From assembly GCA_002502685.1 (NCBI GenBank), contig DAQA01000013.1:2202-66201 (forward strand): a stretch of 64,000 bases of DNA, in the 5' to 3' direction. The notes under the pieces are model-generated. The model searched no databases, was not told the origin of the DNA, and saw only the letters and a list, made by a program, of their open reading frames with translations. The position numbers and the translations under genes are program-made. This DNA comes from Euryarchaeota archaeon UBA202. GTDB lineage: Archaea; Thermoplasmatota; E2; UBA202. Shown in pieces: positions 57,705 to 64,000 of the stretch; the stretch's first letter is position 1; the number at the start of each line of letters is the position of its first letter.

Positions 57705-57706
57705 AA

Positions 57707-58099
57707 CTAAACCTCTATATTTTTTTTTGTGTGCCATAAACCATGGATATTGCAATAATCTCGCACTTCGGCGACATCCCCTTCGATTTCAAATAGTGCC
57801 TCAGGTAAGCGGCCTGGCTTTAAAAACTTTTTTTGTACACCCTTATCAGTAATAACCTCAAGCCATTTGATATAATGATTATCTTCCATGGGATGCGGGA
57901 CAGATCCAACTTTTACCTTTATCCCCCGGGGTGATTCTTCTATTATAGGAACATGTTTCTCTTTGCCTTGATCCTCTGTTTTGGGTTTCAAGGGGATCAT
58001 GGGTTGCCCGCAACACACTAACTGTCCTTCACCTTCCTGGAGAACCTCAACAATATTACCGCATATCTCACATTTATATACTTCAAGAAACTTTGTCAT
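57707..58099 (-). CDS. dfx: Desulfoferrodoxin (2Fe superoxide reductase)
   Basis: N-terminal desulforedoxin site [20 protein letters not shown] and the SOR domain EKHVPII...[19 protein letters not shown] before ATG 58099. Confidence 0.85.
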   Translation of the reverse strand: MTKFLEVYKCEICGNIVEVLQEGEGQLVCCGQPMIPLKPKTEDQGKEKHVPIIEESPRGIKVKVGSVPHPMEDNHYIKWLEVITDKGVQKKFLKPGRLPEALFEIEGDVAEVRDYCNIHGLWHTKKNIEV

Positions 58100-58122
58100 C
58101 AGTACCTCCATTCAAAAGCCGT

Positions 58123-58332
58123 TTAGCATGAACTATGTTCAATAGCGTCATTGGGGCAGGCCTCGATACAGACACAACATTCAATACATTCATCAACATT
58201 TTTGGCTATTGCCTTTCCCTCTTTTATTTCATAAATATCCACAGGGCATTCTTCCACGCAATTCCCAGCACCAGTACACTTGTCATAGTCAATTTTTATT
58301 ACCATATCTCCAGATTTAAATTCTTTAACCAT
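58123..58332 (-). CDS. Small 2x[4Fe-4S]-type ferredoxin
   Basis: CTGAGNCVEECP and CIECCVCIEACP motifs. 69 aa from ATG 58332. Confidence 0.75.
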   Translation of the reverse strand: MVKEFKSGDMVIKIDYDKCTGAGNCVEECPVDIYEIKEGKAIAKNVDECIECCVCIEACPNDAIEHSSC

Positions 58333-58508
58333 TTTATCATACCTCAAAAAAATGTAATATAGAGATATATATATAGATTTTGGATTCACTTAACCCGGTT
58401 TAAAAAGTATAAATTGAGTGAAGACCAAGCATCTAGACTTCTCTTGAAAATACCCAGTGTGCCTAGGAAGTAATTAATGTATTTGTAAGTCCCAATTTAG
58501 CAGTAAAA

Positions 58509-59693
58509 CTATGAAATAGCATTTTCATCATGTTTCTTTCGTATTAAAACACCTAATTTCGTCAATGATTCAAAATCTTGTTTTTTAGGATACCCCTTTA
58601 TGATAACCGGATCCAGAAAATCAATTTTTAAATTTGATAATAGATCCACAAGCTGGTCATGCATTTTACCCCCCCATCCATATGACCCAATGATAGAGAC
58701 AAACCTTGTTTTTGGCCTCAATGCATTAACCAGATATGCCCCAAAGACAGCTTGGGGATGGGTGCCCCCCAGGGTTGTTGGTGACGCAAGAATAAGCGTT
58801 GCGGCATCAACAAGCGCCATGGCAAATTTTCCGATATCTGCCCTGGTTAAATCAAACTGTTTTACCCTAATTCCTTGCTGTATCAATACATCTACAAGGT
58901 GCTCCACCATTTTGTGTGTGCTGCCATGCATTGACACATAGCCAATAACCACTTCATTTTTCACCCTGTCAGATATCCACTCCCGATAGGCATCCAAGAT
59001 AAAACCGGGTTGACCATGCAAAGGGCCATGGCTGGGTGCGATAATGTCTATTGGAAGATCCTGTATTTTCTCAATATTTTTTCGAATAGGGACTTTAAAG
59101 GGCATCATGATCTCTGCATAATATCGTTTCGCTGACTCATAGATTAAGGATTTATCAGTGGCAAACAAATCACTGGTAGCAAGATGGGACCCAAAAAAAT
59201 CACAGGTAAATAAAATTTTATCTTCACGCAGATAGGTAATCATGGTCTCGGGCCAATGAACCCAAGGGCAAAAAATGAATTCAAGGGTTTTGTTACCCAA
59301 CAAAAGAGTCGAGCGGTCTTCTATAACAAGAAACTTTTCTTCCGGGATAAGCAGCATCTCCATAAGAAGATTTTTACATTTTTGATTGGTCACTACCCGG
59401 GCTTCAGGATACTTTTCAAGAACCAAGGGAAGAGATCCTGAGTGATCCTGTTCTGCATGGTTTATCACAACATAATCTAATTGGTCGATGCCCGAATCAT
59501 CCAGCATGCCCAACAAGACATGGGACATGGATGGATCAACCGTGTCAACCAAGGCAGCTCTACCACTACCCTTGACTAAAAAAGCATTATATGTTGTTCC
59601 ATCAGGGAGGGGAATAAGTTCATCAAAAAGACGCCTGTCCCAATCAATAGCCCCAAGAAAAAAAACATTCTTGGCGACTTTACGACCAGTCAT
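58509..59693 (-). CDS. fprA: Flavodiiron protein (FprA / A-type flavoprotein)
   Basis: Metallo-beta-lactamase-like diiron motif VINHAEQDHSGS followed by a C-terminal flavodoxin domain (VVIGYVSMHGSTHKM). 394 aa. Confidence 0.85.
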   Translation of the reverse strand: MTGRKVAKNVFFLGAIDWDRRLFDELIPLPDGTTYNAFLVKGSGRAALVDTVDPSMSHVLLGMLDDSGIDQLDYVVINHAEQDHSGSLPLVLEKYPEARVVTNQKCKNLLMEMLLIPEEKFLVIEDRSTLLLGNKTLEFIFCPWVHWPETMITYLREDKILFTCDFFGSHLATSDLFATDKSLIYESAKRYYAEIMMPFKVPIRKNIEKIQDLPIDIIAPSHGPLHGQPGFILDAYREWISDRVKNEVVIGYVSMHGSTHKMVEHLVDVLIQQGIRVKQFDLTRADIGKFAMALVDAATLILASPTTLGGTHPQAVFGAYLVNALRPKTRFVSIIGSYGWGGKMHDQLVDLLSNLKIDFLDPVIIKGYPKKQDFESLTKLGVLIRKKHDENAIS

Positions 59694-59695
59694 TA

Positions 59696-59857
59696 TTATT
59701 CCACTGGTTCAAAATCATCTTTACCAACGCCACACATGGGACATACCCAGTCATCGGGCAGGTCCTCAAAGGGTGTGCCTGCATCAATACCATTGTCTGG
59801 GTCGCCCTCCTGGGGATCATATATATAACCACAAACCATACATCGATATTTTTTCAT
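59696..59857 (-). CDS. Rubredoxin (53 aa, below the ORF-track cutoff)
   Basis: Hand translation gives [53 protein letters not shown], with CxxCG...CPxCG. The stop lies 2 nt before the fprA ATG. Confidence 0.85.
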   Translation of the reverse strand: MKKYRCMVCGYIYDPQEGDPDNGIDAGTPFEDLPDDWVCPMCGVGKDDFEPVE

Positions 59858-60102
59858 TGTATCTTACCCTCGCAATTTATGCTATCCATACAGGATACAT
59901 TTTTATTTGACCATATCATGACAAATGCCGTGACATGACCCAAGGGAGTATGCACTCATTATTGTTAATCATTTCGGCCCTAAAACTATTAATTATTGTC
60001 ACCTTTTTTATTAAAACATAGATCCGGCACTAAAAAAAATAATCATAGAATAATATGATAAAGTAAGGAACAAATACAAACATTTTTGAGGGGGCGTCTT
60101 TT

Positions 60103-62244
60103 GTGCTAATGATGAATGTCGAGAGGCTGCCCATTAAAAATGAGATCATACAGATACTACAGCAACAGGGAATCCAAACCCTGTATCCCCCGCAAGCAGA
60201 AGCGCTTCCTCGTGCCCTTAATGGAGAAAACATTGTGGTGGCAGTGCCAACTGCTGCGGGTAAAAGCCTTGTGGCCTATTTGCCCATCATCCAAGAGGCC
60301 TTTCTACATAAAAAAAAATCCCTATATATTGTACCCCTGAGAGCCTTGGCTCGTGAAAAATGGGAGGATCTTCAACCCTTTAAAAAACTGGGGATAAAAA
60401 TTGGGATTGCGACAGGTGACCTTGATGAAAAAGCATCATATCTGGCAAAAAATGATATTATTGTATGTACCTCAGAAAAAGCCGATTCATTATTACGACA
60501 TCAGGCTAACTGGCTTAACGATATCGCAGTCCTAGTTGCCGATGAAATACATCTCATCAATGATATCTCTCGAGGACCAACTCTTGAGATGATTATTGCA
60601 CGGTTTCGCGCCATGAATCCAGATATCCAAATAATTGCTCTTTCAGCAACCATTAAAAATGCTCAGGAGATCGCCCGCTGGCTGGATTCGATTCTAATTG
60701 AGTCAAAGTGGCGACCCGTGCCATTAAAAGAGGGTATATATCATAAAAATAAAATCTATTATGGCATTGATGACGTAAAAACCGTTAGTGCAAGTTCACC
60801 AGGAAAGATAGCGCCATTGATCATAGAAACCATTAAGGAAGGGGGCCAAGCATTAATCTTTGTTAATACAAGAAGGGCTACAGAAAAAATAGGAGAGACT
60901 CTAGGGGGGGATATTGGCTCTATTATTCAGCATAATAAACTAGAAAAGATTAGTCAAACTCTTCGTCAGGCAGAGGGCACCATAATGGGGAAAAAGCTTA
61001 TAGGATGCATTAAAAAAGGTGTTGCTTTTCATCATGCAGGACTTAGTGAACAGCAACGCAGAACCGTAGAACAATCCTTTAAAGCGGGTGATATAAAATG
61101 TATTGTCGCTACGCCCACCTTGGCCGCGGGGGTTAACGTACCCGCCCGTCGGGTGATTATCCGTGATTTATGGAGATATGCGTCCGAATTTGGAGGGATG
61201 GCACCCATCCCTGTATTGGAAATTAAACAAATGATGGGAAGAGCAGGACGACCGGGGTATGATAAGGAGGGAGAGGCCATCCTCATTGCAAAAAACAAGG
61301 GGGAAATTGAACGCTTGTGGACCCAATACATCATAGCAGAGGTAGAACCAATTTATTCTAAACTTGGAAGTGAACCTGCCCTGCGAATGCATCTTCTTGC
61401 CCTGATTGCCACAAACTTTGTTTCTAATATTGAAGAATTATATCAATTTATGGCGGGTACATTTTTTGTCTATCAGTCAGGCTCTTTTCCCACAGAGAAA
61501 ATACAAGAGATACTCCAATTTTTAGAGGAAAATGATTTTATCGCCATTGACGGTAACTATTTAAAAGCCACCACTTTTGGCAGAAAAACATCCGATTTAT
61601 ATATAGATCCTCTCTCTGCTCTAAAATTACGGACCGCTCTGGAATCTAGAATTAAACCCACTATTTTTTCCTTTTTGCATGCCATATGTACCACTCCGGA
61701 TATGATAGGTCTATATCTCCGAAGTAAGGATAGTAACTGGATAATGGAAAAAGCTGAAAAAGAAAAATTCCTTTTTGAAGATGGGTTTTATTCAACATTA
61801 ATGAATGAATGGTTCCTATCAGAAATCAAAACAGCATCATTACTAGAAGATTGGATAAATGAGGCAACAGAGGACCAGATTGTCATGAAGTACAATGTTG
61901 GACCAGGAGATATTCATAATAAAATAGAAACTGCCACCTGGCTTATACACGCCATGAGGGAACTTGCACGAATGTTTAATTTTGAGGTTGTTTCCCCTCT
62001 AGATAAACTCCTCATCAGGGTAAAAAATGGATGTAAAGAAGAACTACTCAACTTAATACAATTACGGGATATTGGAAGAGTGCGGAGCAGAGCATTATAC
62101 AAAGCAGGATTTAAGACTATCAACCAACTGAGAGATATAAATATTAAAACTCTCTCCAAGATTCCAACAATTGGGGAACGTGTTGCTAAAAGCATAAAAG
62201 AGCAACTTGGTGAAACAGATGGAACTCAAAATAATTTGCTGTAA
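60103..62244 (+). CDS. hel308: Hel308/Ski2-like ATP-dependent DNA helicase
   Basis: VAVPTAAGKSLVAY (motif I), DEIH (VADEIHLI), SAT, HHAGL, MMGRAGRPGYD (motif VI) and a C-terminal HhH-like domain. 713 aa. Confidence 0.85.
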   Translation: MLMMNVERLPIKNEIIQILQQQGIQTLYPPQAEALPRALNGENIVVAVPTAAGKSLVAYLPIIQEAFLHKKKSLYIVPLRALAREKWEDLQPFKKLGIKIGIATGDLDEKASYLAKNDIIVCTSEKADSLLRHQANWLNDIAVLVADEIHLINDISRGPTLEMIIARFRAMNPDIQIIALSATIKNAQEIARWLDSILIESKWRPVPLKEGIYHKNKIYYGIDDVKTVSASSPGKIAPLIIETIKEGGQALIFVNTRRATEKIGETLGGDIGSIIQHNKLEKISQTLRQAEGTIMGKKLIGCIKKGVAFHHAGLSEQQRRTVEQSFKAGDIKCIVATPTLAAGVNVPARRVIIRDLWRYASEFGGMAPIPVLEIKQMMGRAGRPGYDKEGEAILIAKNKGEIERLWTQYIIAEVEPIYSKLGSEPALRMHLLALIATNFVSNIEELYQFMAGTFFVYQSGSFPTEKIQEILQFLEENDFIAIDGNYLKATTFGRKTSDLYIDPLSALKLRTALESRIKPTIFSFLHAICTTPDMIGLYLRSKDSNWIMEKAEKEKFLFEDGFYSTLMNEWFLSEIKTASLLEDWINEATEDQIVMKYNVGPGDIHNKIETATWLIHAMRELARMFNFEVVSPLDKLLIRVKNGCKEELLNLIQLRDIGRVRSRALYKAGFKTINQLRDINIKTLSKIPTIGERVAKSIKEQLGETDGTQNNLL

Positions 62245-62743
62245 AGGAAAAATCAATGACATAGAAAAAGCTCTAGGGATTACACAACAATATGAAAAAA
62301 AATACGGGGTAGCACTACTCTTATTAAATCCCCGTCTCGTTTATGGCAAAGATCATATTGAGTCAGCGGTAAAACATGCCATTCGAGCATTCCGGGAAAA
62401 AAGAAACACCAGTCATTCCCTGTCATTGGAGATACTTTTATATGCCTCAGGTAAAACACAACTAAAAGACGCCATTGAATTCATGGGAATAAAAAGAACA
62501 GGGCCGTACGCAATTATTTGTGTGGGCAAAACCAGAATAAGTGGTTCAGAAAATATGATACCTAAGGGAATTGACAAGTTAGTCACAGACCTTAAACTTG
62601 ATAGCGATAATTCCGTTCTTGATGGAAGCAAAGAGATACTGTATCGTTTTGGAATTACTGACACCGAATTAAAAACAGTAGATAAATCTATGTATCAGGA
62701 TTTAATTCTGGAAAGAGTGGCCATGGTTGATGTGTTTAAATAG
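62219..62743 (+). CDS. cgi121: KEOPS complex subunit Cgi121-like
   Basis: ~174 aa. ...HAIRAFREKRNTSHSLSLEILLYASGKTQLKDAIEFMGIK fits the Cgi121 pattern (A...F.....N.......E.L...SG..Q...AI...G). Confidence 0.6.
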   Translation: MELKIICCKGKINDIEKALGITQQYEKKYGVALLLLNPRLVYGKDHIESAVKHAIRAFREKRNTSHSLSLEILLYASGKTQLKDAIEFMGIKRTGPYAIICVGKTRISGSENMIPKGIDKLVTDLKLDSDNSVLDGSKEILYRFGITDTELKTVDKSMYQDLILERVAMVDVFK

Positions 62744-62816
62744 CCCGGATGGGGTAGTTTGGATATCCTAGAGCCCTGCGGAGGCTCAGACTCGGGTTCG
62801 AATCCCGATCCGGGCG
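62743..62816 (+). tRNA. tRNA-Arg (anticodon GCG)
   Basis: Hand-folded cloverleaf. Acceptor GCCCGGA/TCCGGGC. D-arm with A14, G18 G19 and A21. Anticodon stem GAGCC/GGCTC with loop CTGCGGA (GCG at 62778-62780). T-arm TCGGG-TTCGAAT-CCCGA. Discriminator G. No encoded CCA. Followed by a T-tract. Confidence 0.85.
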
Positions 62817-62855
62817 TTTTTTTACTAGTAAAAATTTATATACTTTCTCGATATA

Positions 62856-63458
62856 ATGGGTGTAATGACCATCGAGAGTTCAGGGGTAAAAAAAGAGCGA
62901 TTTACCAAGAAAGGAACCAAGAAAAATTACAAGACAGATACCATAGCCAAACGGGCAATCTACGTTTATTTACCTTCAATAGAGGAAATAGAAAAATGGA
63001 AAAACTTGGCGGAAAAATCAGGCCTCTCCATATCAAAATTTGTCGTCGAACATGTCGAAAATTCCCTGAGACAAGAAGAAGACGAAGACATCTATGGATC
63101 CCGAACAAGACTGATGAAAGAAATCCGGGGACTAAAAGATGAAAACATCGAACTACGGAAAAGAAACGAAATGCTGGAAAGAGTCATTGAAAAACTGGAT
63201 GAAGAAAACAAACGATACCGCATGGAGCCATTCCTAAACAATGATTTCAAAGGTATTCGTAAATATGAGGAAGGCTTAATAAAACTCTTCAAATCAAGGA
63301 CCACTGTCAAAAAAGAAGATATTTTTGAACTACTGGGAGTAAACCCCATGAAAAATGTGGATATCGCCAAGGGGATAACAAAGCAACTGGAAAATCTTGA
63401 ACGCTATGGCCTTATAGAGGATAAAGGGAGACTATGGAAATGGAAACCTCCAGCATGA
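62856..63458 (+). CDS. Putative DNA-binding protein: N-terminal ribbon-helix-helix, central coiled coil, C-terminal winged-helix-like
   Basis: AIYVYLPSIEEIEKWKNLAEKSGLSISKFVVEHVENSL (beta-alpha-alpha of CopG/Arc type). ..LKDENIELRKRNEMLERVIEKLDEENKR (coiled coil). ..EDIFELLGVNP...ITKQLENLERYGLIEDKG (wHTH-like). The stop overlaps the integrase ATG. Confidence 0.5.
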   Translation: MGVMTIESSGVKKERFTKKGTKKNYKTDTIAKRAIYVYLPSIEEIEKWKNLAEKSGLSISKFVVEHVENSLRQEEDEDIYGSRTRLMKEIRGLKDENIELRKRNEMLERVIEKLDEENKRYRMEPFLNNDFKGIRKYEEGLIKLFKSRTTVKKEDIFELLGVNPMKNVDIAKGITKQLENLERYGLIEDKGRLWKWKPPA

Positions 63459-64000
63459 CCCTTGTGACAGATGACCAATTAATCCGACGGTTTCTTACAG
63501 ATTGCAAAATCAGGGGACTGACTGACAAAACCATCGAAGACTATAAGGGAAACGTCAAAATATTTCACCAATTCCTAGAAAAACAAGACAAAGACTTCCT
63601 TAACGCCACCAAGGATACCATCCGAGAATTTGTAAAATATTTGCGATTTGACAGAAAAGTTAGCCAACGGAGGATAAAAAACTATTTTTCTGGCTTATCA
63701 ACTTTCTATGAATTTCTCATCTATGAAGGACTAACGGAGACAAACAAGATTCTTCAGGTTAGAAAAAGATATCTTACAAGTTATAAAAAGGATAATGGAG
63801 GGAACCAAAGAAAACTCATCTCCATTGAAAGCATGGCACACTTCATCAATTCCATTATGGATTCAAGGGACAAAGCAACAGCCTTGCTTATGGCAAAGAC
63901 AGGAATCAGGCGAGGAGAACTCATAAGGATAAACGTGGATGATATAAATTGGCAGGATATGAGCATTACATTACAACCAGCCGCAAAGAGGAGTAACCGA
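63455..64000 (+). CDS. Tyrosine recombinase / phage-type integrase (3' end outside the window)
   Basis: N-terminal SAM-like core-binding domain (FLTDCKIRGLTDKTIEDYKGNVKIFHQFL...YFSGLSTFYEFL), then the start of the catalytic domain with TGIRRGELIRINVDDI (first conserved Arg). Confidence 0.8.
   Translation, partial: MTLVTDDQLIRRFLTDCKIRGLTDKTIEDYKGNVKIFHQFLEKQDKDFLNATKDTIREFVKYLRFDRKVSQRRIKNYFSGLSTFYEFLIYEGLTETNKILQVRKRYLTSYKKDNGGNQRKLISIESMAHFINSIMDSRDKATALLMAKTGIRRGELIRINVDDINWQDMSITLQPAAKRSNR

Larger units (their letters stand above)
62817..64000 (+). mobile_element. Left edge of a probable integrated element (provirus/plasmid/island) inserted at tRNA-Arg
   Basis: A tRNA gene is followed within 40 nt by an RHH/wHTH regulator gene translationally coupled to a tyrosine integrase. 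The other boundary is not in the window. Confidence 0.5.

Noticed and set aside
59883-59897. Inverted repeat TATCC-ataca-GGATA between a TATA-like box and the rubredoxin start, considered as an operator of the ROS-defence operon.
   Set aside because: Five-bp arms are too short to be statistically meaningful in 64 kb. It does not match operator motifs I know for archaeal redox regulators. It is worth revisiting only if conserved in relatives.

Overview
AT-rich archaeal chromosomal segment with many A/T homopolymers. Archaeal informational genes are present: RNAP subunit L, Csl4, fibrillarin, prefoldin beta, TruD, Hel308 and Cgi121. All calls come from reading the ORF translations and the DNA by eye; no database search or folding program was run.

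Content, left to right:
1. A 5'-truncated giant N-x-S/T-rich surface repeat protein, a secreted M14 carboxypeptidase, and later a secreted C1 cysteine peptidase.
2. Ferredoxin plus geranylgeranyl reductase, preceded by what looks like the C-terminal remnant of a Tes-type radical SAM lipid gene.
3. An OPT peptide transporter operon with a PqqD-like gene.
4. A 10-gene DUF134-associated cluster: two ferredoxin-insert MinD ATPases, DUF89, two NifX-like proteins, Mrp/NBP35, a Gly/Arg-rich Zn-ribbon protein and two DUF5320-type proteins. I regard this as the best candidate for an uncharacterised system.
5. porGDAB, an overlapping uvrA-uvrC-uvrB operon, an AOR-family oxidoreductase with a four-cluster ferredoxin and ThiF/ThiS, and glutamate dehydrogenase.
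6. A minus-strand island for Fe-S/sulfur trafficking (IscU, IscS, DsrE-like, TusA-like) and O2/ROS detoxification (rubrerythrin, ferritin, desulfoferrodoxin, ferredoxin, flavodiiron protein, rubredoxin).
7. tRNA-Arg(GCG) followed directly by an RHH/wHTH gene and a tyrosine integrase, which is the edge of a probable integrated element.

No rRNA gene or CRISPR array was seen.

Other notable signals:
- A ~52-nt palindrome+TATA module is present twice.
- A peroxiredoxin gene is broken by two compensating homopolymer frameshifts.
- There are several gene remnants.
- Two small conserved ORFs lack a canonical start codon.
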